Assembly (NCBI GenBank): GCA_951406725.2
Contig: OX597830.1
Span: forward strand, 49,972,001-50,036,000
Source of the DNA: Octopus vulgaris
Taxonomy: Eukaryota
DNA: 64,000 nt
Direction: 5' to 3'
How positions within the stretch are numbered: the stretch's first letter is position 1; each line of letters opens with the position of its first letter. Below are positions 50,171 to 62,896 of the stretch, one piece after another. The position numbers and the translations under genes were made by a program. A model generated the notes under the pieces. The model ran no database searches, was not told the origin of the DNA, and saw nothing but the letters and a program-made list of their open reading frames with translations.

Positions 50171-50584
50171 AGGCGTAGGAGTGGCTGTGTGGTAATTAGC
50201 TTGCTTACGAACCACATGGTTCTGGGTTCAGTCCTACTGTGTGGCACCTTGGGCAAGTGTCTTCTACTATAGCTTCGGGCAGGCCAAAGCCTTATGAGTG
50301 GATTTGGTAGACGGAAACTGAAAGAATCCCATCGTATATATGTATATATATATATGTGTATGTATGTGTGTATATATGTTTGTGTGTCTGGGTTTGTCCC
50401 CCTAGCATTGCTTGACAACCGATGCTGGTGTGTTTACATCCCCGTAACTTAGTGGTTCAGCAAAAGAGACTGATAGAACAAGTACTAGGCTTACAAAGAA
50501 TAAGTCCTGGGGTTGATTTGCTCGACTAAAAAGGCAGTGCTCCAGCATGGCCACAGTCAAGTGACTGAAACAAGTAAAAGAGTA
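50171..50584 (+). mobile_element. SINE family A, full length
   Basis: As 12946. Confidence 0.9.
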
Positions 50585-50972
50585 TACTAATATACATGCA
50601 CACATACAATATGGTTTCATAGTGACACACAGTATGTGTGTGAATCAACTGGTTTTCTTTGTGGATTACTGACTTAAAATGCCAGAGATATGTTCCGTGG
50701 AAGTTGACCACGGCTAACAATAACAACACCAGCACCTTTGCCACCACCTCTAACAACAACAACAACATGAACACTTGCTTATCTGCAATCTTCAGAAGAA
50801 AGTTCAGTAATATACTAGCTCTGATACTCTATGAAGAATGTAGTGAAGTGTGAAAGCATTACACAGTAGAGTTCACCGATTCCTTAACTTGCACACAGAC
50901 AAATTCTTCACAGTTCAACTATTTCGCTTTCTATAGAAATCATTCAAACTCTAAAGAATAAAAGATACTTCT

Positions 50973-51017
<45 letters not shown>

Positions 51018-51145
51018 TATGTACACACACACAAAGAAAGAATGAAAGAGAACTTTTTTTGGTTAGATAACCTGATGGATTCTCAGAGGAATTTTTTCAT
51101 AAGTTCAAGTAAAGGTCATATATATCTTCATACACAGATATATAC

Positions 51146-51207
<62 letters not shown>

Positions 51208-51496
51208 ACAATATTTATGTGTATGTGCGTGTGGTGAGAGGGATAGAGAGAGACGTTCTATAGAAATATTTCACATTATCCAGAATTCTATCGAACATTT
51301 GCTCATATTTTTGATTTAAAAAAATGCCTAAATTCAAAAACTTGTGTATCTTTCTAATAATCAATTATTTTTTAGTTTTTTACCCTGTGTTCTTAAAACA
51401 TGACAGATTTGTGATACAACCAGTATCACCACTGCATCTGTGTGTATCTTTATGAGTATGCCTGTGTCTATATGTGTATGTGTATATATATATATA

Positions 51497-51881
51497 TAGG
51501 GAGAGTTTACGAAAAAAAACAAAAGACGAAGACAGGTGGTGTACAAAGCAAAGAGATGTATTAGTATAACGCTAAGGAATAGAAAAAGTCTTTTACGTTT
51601 CGAGCCTACGCTCTTCTACAGAAAGGAACAAAGAAAAAACAAGGAGAGGAAAAAAGGACACACATACATTAAATGATGATTACATATAGTCACCATGATA
51701 GATCGTTAGCCACTACACACACATTTTTTTCTCTCCTTGTTTTTTCTGTGTCCCTTTCTGTAGAAGAGCGTAGGCTCAAAATGTAAAAGACTTTTTCTAT
51801 TCCTGAGTGTTATACTAATACATCTGTTTGTTTTGTACACCACCTGTCTTCGTCTTTTGTTTTTTTCATAAACTCTCCCTA
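51497..51881. mobile_element. Inverted pair (~160-bp arms) of a Penelope-type repeat with variant hammerhead core
   Basis: Arms 51497-51655 and 51724-51881; related copies near 52030-52205 and 63270-63400. Confidence 0.75.
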
Positions 51882-51884
51882 TAT

Positions 51885-51919
<35 letters not shown>

Positions 51920-52314
51920 GTTAATCCAAACATGAACAAATACAACAATGCAAGGATGTGGAACAAGTATAGTGTTATTGGACGTGTGTGTGTGTGTGTG
52001 TTAACCTGTTAATCCTTACATATTTTTGCTCTCTCTCTCTCTCTGTTTTTTCATTCTCTCTCTACTTTGTTTCCTCTCATCCCTTTCTGTCAAAGAGCAT
52101 AGGCTCGAAATGTCAAAGACTTTCCCATTCTACCTGAGCGTCAAAACTAATACACCTACTTGTTATTCCCTCACCCGGCTTCGTCTTTTGTTTTCTGTAA
52201 ATTTGAATTTTATAAGTATAAATATATATAAATATATATAATTACCATCAGAGTTTTAACGTCCACGTGTCTATGCTCGCCTGCATCAGGAGGAATTTGT
52301 TATATATCCCTTTT

Positions 52315-53247
52315 AATTTTTATTCGTTTTAGACATTGTACTATGGCCAAGCGGGGGCACTGCCTCGAAGGATTTTAGTCAAACAAGTTGACCCCAGTAC
52401 TTATTTTTTTAAATAAAAACCTGGTGCTTATTCTATCAGTCTCTTATGTTGAACCACCAACTTATAGGAATGTAAACAAACCAACACTTGTAATCAAGTG
52501 GTCGTGGGGGAAAAAAAAACAGAAACACAAAGACACACACTGACATATATGATAGACTTCTTTCAGTTTCCGTCTACCAAATCCACTCACCATGCTTTGG
52601 CCAGCTCAAGACTATTGTAGGAGACACTTGCCCAAGGTGCCACACAGTGGGACTGAACCCGGAACCATGTGGTTCGTAAGCAAGCAACTTACCACACAGT
52701 CACTCCTACACCTATATCTCTCCAAGGTACCATCAGTGTGTGTGTGTGTATATGGAGGATCCTTTGTAGGGCAGATTTAGTTTGGACACAGACTGCATTA
52801 GAATTCCCTCTCTGGGTCATGTGATACTTGTTCATATGCTAATGTATCCGGGTGTTGACTGCTGTCTTTTGTCTTTTATTGTTTCAATCATTAGACTATG
52901 GCCATGCTGGGGCAACACGTTGAAGAATTTTTCATCAAACAAATCAACTCCAGTGCTCACATATCTTTTTTAAAGCCTGATACTTATTCTAGCAATCTCT
53001 TTTGTTGAACCACAAAGTTATGGGTCATAAACAAACCATAACTGGTTGTCAAGCAGCTGTGGAGGAAAAACATAGACACAAACACACATGGTGGGCTTCT
53101 TTTGGTTTCCATCTACCAAATTCACTTGCAAGGCTTTGGTTGTCCTGAGGCTATAGTAGTACAAGACATTTGCTCAAGATGCCATATAGTGGGACTGAAC
53201 CTGGACCTACGTGGCTGGGAAGCAACCATGCTGCCACACCTGCACCT
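52315..53247 (-). mobile_element. Two diverged SINE family A copies (52315-52712, 52870-53247)
   Basis: Reverse complement of family A. Confidence 0.82.
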
Positions 53248-53422
53248 AATCAGTGAGTAGTGGTGGTGGTGGTGATGGTAGGTGGGTGAGTGGTACAAAG
53301 TAACTCTCTTGATGGCTCAGAAGATATGGCAAAGTAGATTAGTTACAGGGCTATGTGTTCATAGTATACTAGTAAAAACTTACAGCAGGCATTTTATTGA
53401 CTTTTTGGACACCAGTTCAGTT

Positions 53423-53810
53423 TTGTGACACATTTTGGAATCTTATCCACAACAGAAACTATTTATCAAATGAACATTTGTCTTACATCTGTCCCCACAT
53501 CTGCACCAGATTTGTCTTACATCTGCATTAGATTTCTCTCATATCTGTACCAGATCTGTCACACATACATTCCAGACCAGTCACATCTGTACCAGATGTA
53601 TCACATCTATGTTTGATCTATTTTGTATCTGTACCATATCTGTCTCACAACTGTACCAAATATCTCACATCTGCACTATATCTGTCTCACATCTGTTCCA
53701 GATCTGTATCACATCTGCACTATATCTGTCTCACATCTGCACTAGATCTGTCTCACATCTGAACCAGATCTGTCTCACATCTGGACCAGATCTGTCTTAT
53801 ATCTGTACAA
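53423..53810. repeat. 22-bp minisatellite (acatctgtaccagatctgtctc) with unique leader
   Basis: Repeated units; first ~245 bp duplicated at 56042-56290. Confidence 0.88.
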
Positions 53811-53989
53811 GACTTCCACCTATTCTAGGCTCTTGAAGTTTATTCTCATCATTACTCATGCTGTCCATCACCGATTTCTTCAAAATCTATCTTTCATTCC
53901 CACATGGAGACAATCTCACCATTTGTGGAATTATTTCCAAAATGGTGAGATGGAAAATAACAACATTGAAATTCTCAAAGACAACTTAC

Positions 53990-54076
53990 CCTTATACCAT
54001 CGTTGATTCTCTGCACCAACCATGAAAACATTCGACTATAAATGGCTTTTGATAAAGCATCTCTGGCATAGGCGGA
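53990..54076 (-). CDS. MYO1B: Myosin I exon (87 nt): [29 protein letters not shown]
   Basis: ttacag acceptor, gtaagt donor; DALxK motif. Confidence 0.95.
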
Positions 54077-54107
54077 CTGTAAGGGAAGAGACAAAGGTAA
54101 CATGGGT

Positions 54108-54760
54108 TAGTGGTGGTGGTGGTGGTGGATGACTGCGAGGATGGTGGCGATGGCAATGGTTGCAATGACAGTGATGGTGATTATAGTGATGATTATGGTG
54201 GTGATGGTGAGTGGGGTAGGAGTCGGTTGAATATAGTAGTAGTGATAATGATGATGATGGTTGTGATGGCGAGTGTGGTCATGGTAGTAGCGGGAGGTGT
54301 AATTGGTGGTTGTGTTCATAAATAGTGATGATGGTAGTGATGGTGATGGTGTCACTCTAGTAGTAACGGTGCTAGTTGTAGTAGTAGTAGTAATATTGGT
54401 TGTATGAGGTTGTAATTATAGTGATGGACAGAGTAGCAATAGTGGTCTAAGAAACGATGATTGCAGTGATAGCGCAGCAGTAGTAATGTTGATGATAGCA
54501 GTGGTGTTGGTAATAGTATAATGGTATACTATTACCTACCATATGAATGGTAGGTAATTAGTGGAAATATAAGTGGTGGTGGCAGAGTTAGTGATGGGGT
54601 GGTAGGGATAGTGTAGGTGGTGGTGATAATAACAGTGGTAATGTTGTAGTTGAAGGATCAGCAGTAGTAGTAGTAATGTAAGTGCTAGTGGTATCATAAG
54701 TAAAAGTAGTAGTACTAGTTATAGTATAGGAAGTAGTGGTAGTTGATGTGCAGGTGGTTG
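54108..54760. repeat. (GGT/GAT/GTA)n low-complexity tract filling an intron
   Basis: Direct reading. Confidence 0.85.
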
Positions 54761-54781
54761 TAATATTCAAGAAATACTTAC

Positions 54782-54900
54782 ATCAGCTGTACTTAAGTCA
54801 GTTTTTAACTTCTCTCCACGGGCCTCGACAGTGCGTTGGGTTAAGGCAGTCTTCAACTCTTCATAGGAGCAACCTAACAACTCGGCAATCTCCTGGGCCT
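54782..54900 (-). CDS. MYO1B: Myosin I exon (119 nt): (E)AQEIAELLG...LTQRTVEARGEKLKTDLSTAD
   Basis: ttgcag acceptor, gtaagt donor; Glu at the TEDS position (16 residues before the D of DALSK). Confidence 0.94.
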
Positions 54901-55056
54901 CTGCAAGTGACACACAACTCATTAGAACATTACAGAACAGGAGTAGGTAGAGGCTACCACCCTGGGGCTATACTATTGCATCTCAGATATGGAGGTACAC
55001 AAATGGTAAGATAATGACAAAATTGGGGATGTGGCAAGGTAATATAGTGGAACTTT

Positions 55057-55320
55057 GGAGGCGCGTGGCTTAGTGGTTAGAGTGTCAGCATCATGATCGA
55101 AAGATTGTGGTTTCGATTCCTGGACCAGGTGATGCATTATGTTCTTGAGCAAGATACTTCATTTCACGTTGCTCCAGTCCACTCAGCTGGCAAAAATGAG
55201 TAATGCTGCGATGGACTGGCGTCCCATCCAGCTAGGGAAGACATACGCCATTGAAACCGGGAAACCGGGCCCATGAGCCTGGCTAGGCTTTAAAAAGGGC
55301 ACATTTATTTTATTTATTAT
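55057..55320 (+). mobile_element. SINE head C with V-SINE-like segment
   Basis: tggcttagtggttag A box, ggtttcgattcc B box, ctgcgatggactggcgtcccatccag segment, (TTTA)n tail. Confidence 0.78.
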
Positions 55321-55689
55321 TTATAAATGACTTAGGGGGAAAACAAATGGAGAAGATTTCCATAGAGGTATATATAAGATTGCATCAATTCTATGGTCTT
55401 TACATAGGGGTATATAATAGCTGGTCAGACCTATTGAGTTTACATTGAGGTGTGAAAGCATGTGACCAAGTGGTTAGGATATTCGTCTAATGATCTTAAG
55501 GTCATGAGTTCAATACCGGACAGTGTGTTGTGACCTTGGGACTTTATTTCATGTTGCTCCAGTCAACTCAGCTGATAAAATGAGTTGTGCCTGTATTTCA
55601 AAAGGCCAGCTTTGTTAAACAATGCCAAAGCTAAAAGAAGGAATTTGGTGCAGCCCTGCCGTTCAATAAATCCTGTCAATCTATTTTTT

Positions 55690-55905
55690 TATTATCCACA
55701 AGGGGCTAAACATAGAGGGGACAAACAAGGACAGACATAGGTATTAAGTTGATTACATTGACCCCAGTGCGTAACCGGTACTTAATTTATCGTCCCCGAA
55801 AGGCTGAAAGCAAAGTTGACCTCGGCGGAATTTGAACTCACAACGTTGCAACAGGTGAAATACCGCTAAGCATTTCGCCCGACCTGCTAACGATTCTGCC
55901 AGCTC
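55690..55905 (-). mobile_element. SINE family D
   Basis: Reverse complement of 22814 copy. Confidence 0.85.
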
Positions 55906-56041
55906 GTGCCGCCCTGTCAATCTGCCCAACCCATGCCAGCATGGGAAATAGACATTAAATGATAATGATATAAAAGCCATTCATTGATCATCATCATCAT
56001 CATCATTTTATGTGAATTTATGGATGCTCACCAGACAACTT

Positions 56042-56432
56042 TGTGACACATCATTTTGGAATCTTATCCACAACAGAAACTATTTATCAAATGAACATTT
56101 GTCTTACATCTGTCCCACATCTGCACCAGATTTGTCTTACATCTGCATTAGATTTCTCTCATATCTGTACCAGATCTGTCACACATACATACCAGACCAG
56201 TCACATCTGTACCAGATGTATCTCATCTGTGTTTGATCTATTTTGTATCTGTACCATATCTGTCTCACAACTGTACCAAATCTCTCACTTTTGTACCAGA
56301 TCTGTCACACATACATACCAGACCAGTCACATCTGTACCAGATGTATCTCATCTGTGTTTGATCTATTTTGTATCTGTACCATATCTGTCTCACAACTGA
56401 CTGTACCAAATCTCTCACATTCGTACCAGATC
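56042..56432. repeat. Second copy of 22-bp minisatellite block, with internal ~128-bp duplication
   Basis: Matches 53423-53670. Confidence 0.88.
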
Positions 56433-56624
56433 CATAATAGAAAAACAGAGCAAACCCAACCAGCTTTGTCTTTCTGTTTAACCTAGAGTGTGGGCTGAGT
56501 GTGATTTATTGCACCACCAACAGAACATTAAACATGTTGTCTCAAGCAGAAAATAAAAGCAACCCAAACATGATGTGAGTGTGAGGTGTTGGTGTAATAA
56601 TCTCGAATGAAGGGCAGTACTTAC

Positions 56625-56772
56625 CATACTCATTCACTAAGACACAACCATTGGTGCCATCTACGTTACTTCGATGGTGAAACTCTAAATTTCCCAACTT
56701 TAAAACACTGGAAACTAATTGAAACACTGCAAAGATTTCCTGGATTTGGAAACCAATTACTTCCATTCCATT
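56625..56772 (-). CDS. MYO1B: Myosin I exon (148 nt): NGMEVIGF...VLKLGNLEF...LVNEY
   Basis: tttcag acceptor, gtaagt donor; VLKLGN motif. Confidence 0.95.
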
Positions 56773-56809
56773 CTGAAATGTTTAGAAATAAGATTTAGAT
56801 AGATTATAT

Positions 56810-57108
56810 AGGTGGGGTGTAATTACAGGTAGAAAGAAGGAATGTCTATGGATAATAGACATACTGACTACAGGTGTAATTACAGGTAGAAAGAAGGAAC
56901 ATACAGACTACAGGTGTAATTACAGGTAAAAAGAAGTATGCCTGTGTCTATGGATAATAGATATACAGACTACAGGTGTAATTACAGGTAGAAAGAAGGA
57001 ATGCCTGTGTCTATGGATAATAGACATACAGACTACAGGTGTAATTACAGGTAGAAAGAAGGAATGCCTGTGTCTATGGATAATAAACATACAGACTACA
57101 GGTGTAAT
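56810..57108. repeat. 63-bp tandem repeat, about 5 units
   Basis: actacaggtg at 56969, 57032, 57095 plus shortened units. Confidence 0.9.
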
Positions 57109-57179
57109 GTTGAAAATTAAGGAGTGGAGAGCAAGAGAGCTAAAGAAAGAGAGAGAGAGATGACACTAGTTGATTAATA

Positions 57180-57395
57180 ATGGTTTCGAATTTTGGCATA
57201 AGACCAGCAATTTCAGGGGAGGGTGTAACTTGATTAAATCAACCCAAGTGCTCAACTGGTTTTTATTTTATCAACCCCAAAAGGATGAAAAGTAAGGTCA
57301 ACCTCAGCAGAATTTGAACTCAGAATGTGACAATAGATGAAATACTGCTAAGCATCCAATCTGGTATGTTAACGATTCTGCCAGCTTGTCACCTT
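57180..57395 (-). mobile_element. SINE family D, diverged
   Basis: Same pattern as 27655. Confidence 0.8.
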
Positions 57396-57482
57396 CACTG
57401 GTCAATTAATAGTGACAATGTATTTAGCAATGATAAAGAATCCCATGCTCTTAGAAAAGATGGACCATGCTACAGCACCTAC

Positions 57483-57589
57483 CTTGACAGCATAGAAGTT
57501 CTCCTTATCATCGATGGTTCCAACCCGGACACAGCCACTGGTCTTCAGAAAATTGTAATTCTCAGCATTTCTAGAAATTTTTAAAGATT
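57483..57589 (-). CDS. MYO1B: Myosin I exon (107 nt): (K)SLKISRNAENYNFLKTSGCVRVGTIDDKENFYAVK
   Basis: tttag acceptor, gtaggt donor; phase 1 to 0. Confidence 0.93.
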
Positions 57590-57796
57590 CTAAATTTGGA
57601 GAAAAAGAAATCAAAATAATACAATGAAGAACAGTGGTAGTAGTAGTTGGGCAGGTAATATTTATAAATTTACTACAATTGATTAAACTAAAACACATAC
57701 ACAAACATGTGTATGTTTGTATGCTTGTATGTACATATGTATGTATGCATGCATGTATATATATATATATATAGATAGATAAGCATGCATATATAC

Positions 57797-57828
<32 letters not shown>

Positions 57829-57909
57829 ATAGAAATGTATCTATACTGATGGATGGTTGGATGGATGAACAGACAGACAGATGGAAGGCTAAAAAGAAAA
57901 GAGACTTAC

Positions 57910-57994
57910 TTAAAAAACTAGTATCATCAGCACTAAGCAACTGGTAGAAAATATGAAAGTTTCTTTCTCCTTGACTTTGGGCTGCCACTCGTGA
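57910..57994 (-). CDS. MYO1B: Myosin I exon (85 nt): SRVAAQSQGERNFHIFYQLLSADDTSFL
   Basis: ttctag acceptor, gtaagt donor; ERNFHIFYQL motif. Confidence 0.96.
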
Positions 57995-59376
57995 CTAGAA
58001 GACAAGAGAGAGAGAGAAAGCAGATTATAATTGCTTGCATGGGCAGGAGCACAAAAAACTCATTATGTTTGCAGAGATAATTTAAACCCGACTTTGTTGG
58101 AGGGCGTTTCAGTGATGTCTGTTGATGGTGTCTGTACAGATTTGGCATCTGATAACTAGATTGGTATCATATAGATACGGTGTGGTGTATGGTTGGAAAT
58201 AAATGGTAGTAGATGGTTGATACGGAAATGTGTAGTAGACAAAAACCATAGCTTGGGGTAGATCAAGAGATGAGAAAGGACGGATCTTTTCCCTTTGAAC
58301 AGCTAATAGTTGTTGACAAACAACAGCAGTAATTTTATTTAGTTGAATACACATCATTGATTGGTTGAAATTTCCAAAATACAACAACTTTAACACAAAA
58401 TAACTTCGAAAATACAAACTTTTCTCAACAACACTAAGAGTAAAAGATGTTTTATATGACACATTTCACCAGTGTCCGAAGTGTGAAAGTGTTTAGTTAC
58501 AAAGAATTAATTTCTCGATCTGCTGTTCAAATGGTAAAGATCCGAAAGGGCACCATCAGTACAAATTGCAATGGCGTGATCTGGACAGGAAATCTGTAAT
58601 TCATGGAGTGAAAGACAGGAGCCAATAGGTAGACACTTCAACCAAGTGGTCAGGCACAACTGAAGGCTCCGATGATGTCAACTACAACAACAGAGTTTAC
58701 ACAAAAATTTGTCCCAGGAGGAACTACAGTGCCATTAACACTTTCAGAACTTTCAGAGTCTCCTAGACTTGAGAGAGGCAGGAAGGAAATGTTCTTCAGA
58801 ACATCGCCCAGGCCTCAATGTTTACAACAGAATGGAGTCTGCTAAAACAGATATCCCCAAACAGCAAGCCATGGACCAGTTCCAAGATGTGGGTCATTTT
58901 TTCTTTTTTGTACTGGGCCACAAAAACAAACTTCTTTTTAATTGTTTCTATTTTATTGATTATCATAGTCTTCATGGGGTTTTTGCCTTATATATATATA
59001 TATATATATATATGTATACAGAATAATAACTATATAATAATATGTCATAATAATAATATATATACTCCAACTAAAGTGACAATTATTTAAACAACAATGA
59101 GCTAACTCAGGCTAGAATCAAACCTACATATCAAAGCTAACACGGCTCCTTGTGCAGCTAATTGAGTCAGACACTCACCCATAAATTTCAGTTAAATCTT
59201 ATGTGTAGATACTTAACTGTCTAGTACTATATATAAAATTTGTAAACAAACCTGGAGGCTTGATAAGTTACAGAGAAAGAAACTACGGAAGTTCTTTTTT
59301 TATACAATGTTATTGTATAAAAAAGACTTTCATAGTCATTCTTTCTCCATAACTTATCAAGCCTCTAGGTTTGTTT

Positions 59377-59421
<45 letters not shown>

Positions 59422-59859
59422 CACACATATATACATATACACATATATACATATACACACACACATATATACATATACACATATATACATACATATACAT
59501 ACACACATATATACATACACACATATATACATATACACACACACATATATACATATACACATATATACATATACACACACACATATATACATATACACAT
59601 ATATACATATATATACATATTCATTCATAAAAATATATATGTATATATATATATGTGTATATATATATATATATATTTAGAGAGAGAGAGAAAGAGAGAG
59701 ACAGATTAAAATAGAAAGTGGTAAAGCAAAACATTTGACATCATTCAAAAAACATTTAATTTCAATGGAGATTATAAACAGATATATTCTTCATCTAAAA
59801 TGTTTTTCAAGTGACGCCAAGTGTTTTGTTTCCCATTTTCTATTTTAATCCAATGCCAG

Positions 59860-60395
59860 AGCAGACAGTGGACCCTGGTGTAATCCCAAGCCTCACCAGC
59901 TCCTGCCAAACTGTCCAACCCATGACAGCATGGAAAACAAACTCGAAATGCTGATGATGATGATGGTGACGATCAACATTCATCATCATTTAATATCTAT
60001 TGTCCATACTGCAGCTGGCACACTGGGTGGGGTGGGGCTGCACCAGACCCCAGTCTGATTTGGCATGGTTTCTACAGCGGCAGACCCTTCCTAATTCCAA
60101 CCACTTTACAGAGTGTGCTTTTACATGGCACCACATGGATGCTGGACAGGTGCTTTCATGTAGTACTGCACAGGTGCTTATACATGGCACTGCATGGTCA
60201 CTTTTACATGGCCTCGCACAAGCACTTTTATGTGATGCTACATGGGTGTTTTTACATGACGCCACATGGGCGCTTGTATGTGGCACTGCACAGGCTTTTA
60301 CATGGTACCATTACGAGTGCATTACACTACCGGAAGGATGTTTTAATACTTCTGCTGCTGCGTATGGGTCTTCTTGAGTATGACGAGCGCCAAAC
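59860..60395. mobile_element. Two RTE 3'-UTR fragments tail to tail
   Basis: Plus copy ends (GAT)n near 59960; minus copy begins (CAT)n near 59980 and carries ttttacatggcac repeats. Confidence 0.72.
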
Positions 60396-60397
60396 CC

Positions 60398-60760
60398 TGC
60401 CGTACTCTTTCACCACATCTTTCTCTCACACTTTCTTCCTGTTTCTGTTGTACCTGTATTTCAAAGGGCCAACCTTGTCACACTCATTGTCACACTGAAT
60501 CTCCCCGAGGACTACATTAAGAGTACACATGTCTGTGGAGTGCTCAGCCACTTGCACGTTAATAAATGAGCTGCGACGACAGTGGTGCCAAGCTGTATCG
60601 GCCGTTGCCTTTCCCTTGGATAACATCGGTGGCATGGTGAGGGGAGGCTGGTATGCATGGGCGACTGCTGGTCTTCCATAAACAACCTTCCCCAGACTTG
60701 TGCCTCGGAGGGTAACTTTCTAGGTGCAATCCCATGGTCGTGATGACCGAAGGGGTCACA
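60398..60760 (+). mobile_element. Composite SINE fragment (body B/tail N joined to another repeat)
   Basis: 60398-60562 matches the 49638-50021 copy; remainder differs. Confidence 0.65.
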
Positions 60761-61146
60761 AATATGTGACTGTTACACTACATTTTATCACATATAATCA
60801 TCTTCCTACATGAATACCTAAACATGTGGTTATGTTATTATGCATTTATTCCATGAAACACCATGAGAAGGATTGAACATTTGAAGAAAGTACAACAAAT
60901 ATTAGCAGAAATGAAATAAAATTAAAAATTCATTTAAATATAAGCAAGTTGAAGATAATTATCTGTGTCAAGAATTCTAATATATGGATGTTTCCTATAT
61001 TTGAAAATTTGCAATGGAATTAAATTGAAAAAGAAATGCAAATTTGAGAGAAATTTAATTTCTGAATTTTGGAAAATTGTAAAAACAAACAAAAATTGAA
61101 TTTGACATCGTGAAAATCAACAGAAGCAAAATGGAATACTACATAC

Positions 61147-61160
61147 CTTTTCAAGTAAAT
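61147..61160 (-). CDS. MYO1B: Myosin I micro-exon (14 nt): (Y)LLEK
   Basis: ctttcactag|ATTTACTTGAAAAG|gtatgt; phase 1 to 0; completes the conserved YLLEKSR motif exactly between flanking exons. Confidence 0.93.
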
Positions 61161-61257
61161 CTAGTGAAAGAGAAAAAAACAAAACAAAACATTATTAAAC
61201 AATATAACAGACATAGTAATACAGTTTTAAATAGAGGATGCAACAGTATTTAGTAGC

Positions 61258-61748
61258 GTTTGCCATATTCTGAACACCTTACTTCCCTGGGCATGGATAC
61301 ATTGAAACTCCGACGTCTGGCAGCTGACTTAGCAGACACTTAGCAGACACCCATAAAATTATTAACCATCTTACAAACAATAACTCTGAGCACCTTTTCA
61401 AACTCCATCTGTCTAACACCCGTGGACATATTTACAAAGTCAGAAAACAGCACAGCTCCCATGACTTTCGGAACCATTTTTTCACGCTAAGAGTTGCTGA
61501 AGCATGGAACAAACTGCCGGCATCAGTTGTTAGTTGTTGGAGCACTACATCCTTCAAAACTTCCATGCTTCCTGAGATTCGCCAACACTACCCCTTATTT
61601 TCTCCCCTCCATACACACGCAAGCATGTATCTGACTCATACACTGTTCACTTCCCAGACATTTATACATTACTTCATATGCTTTATACGCACTTTTTGAC
61701 AAGTTGTGGTGCACCTGAGCACTGTATACAATAATTTCATTATAATTA
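61258..61748 (+). mobile_element. CR1/L2-group LINE 3' end, same family as 29997-30548
   Basis: Near-identical overlap (ttgccatattctgaa...caccttttcaaactcca), TRGH.YK, FFTLRV..AWNKLP, (ATT) tail. Confidence 0.87.
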
Positions 61749-61914
61749 GTAAAACATTAAACTAGCAAAATTATCCAGTAATTTTTTTTGCTTGATTATT
61801 TTGTCTCCTTGTCTTCTCTCCTGGTGCTATATTGAACATTTAATGTGGTTTTAGAGTCGAGTTTCGACTGCTATTTTCAGCGTGGTGGTATCTCTTAGAC
61901 ACCCTTAATTATAA

Positions 61915-61958
<44 letters not shown>

Positions 61959-62896
61959 GTTTCTTTTACTTGCTTCAGTCATTTGACTTTGACTGAAGAC
62001 TGCTGCCATACTGTGGCTCCACCTTGAAAGGTTTTAGTGAACAAAACAAAAAAAAATTCCCAGAGTTTATTTTTAAGTCTGCAATTTATTTCACTGGTGT
62101 CTTTTATCAAATTGCCAACGTTAGTTGTCAAGCAATGCACGTGGCAGACACAAACATACAATGGGATTCTTTCAAAAGAATAAATACAAAGTCAAAGAGG
62201 AGTGGACATCCCAGTTTAGATGCCTGCCACTCAAAGAATATCACCAAATCCCAAATTTATAAAGGAAAAAAAAAGATCTTAAAGGGAAATAACTGTTAAT
62301 TTTTTAATGAGAGTTATTTCCCCTATATCGTTTTTGATTATTTTAACGATCACCAAATTGATGTGTTACAAATAGTAGTTAATTGCCGCTCGAATAACAC
62401 ACACCACCATTTTAAACATAGTGAAAGAACATTGGCTTATGTCGTCTTGAATACATTATGTCGGACTTAAAGACAGGAAGGTCACAGCTGAAGAATCTCT
62501 GACTATCAGCTGATAAATAAATCTGTCTATTGTAGATTTAGTCTCAGGGGTCAACAGGTGTTGTACAGGTGTGAAAGGTAACAGACAACGAAGTAGCCAG
62601 GCGGTGGTGTTCATGTCCTGTGTTTCACTATGCTTTAAGTTGTGTAATATTGTCACCATAGTTCAAGGCTATAATAGAAGACATTTTCTCAAAGTGCCAC
62701 ACAGTGGGAATGAACCCAGAACCATGTGGTTCGGAAGGAAGCTTCTTACCACACAGCCACTCCTGCACCTTATACATAGGTTTATTAATATTTAATAAAA
62801 ATATGCATATAATCATATGTATATATTCAGTTCTATTTTTCCTGTTTGCACCAACATACCCGTGTGTGTGTGTGTATGTATGTATATATATATATC

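Noticed and set aside
58040-58800. Possible decayed DNA transposon
   Set aside because: I could not identify TIRs or convincing transposase motifs by eye.
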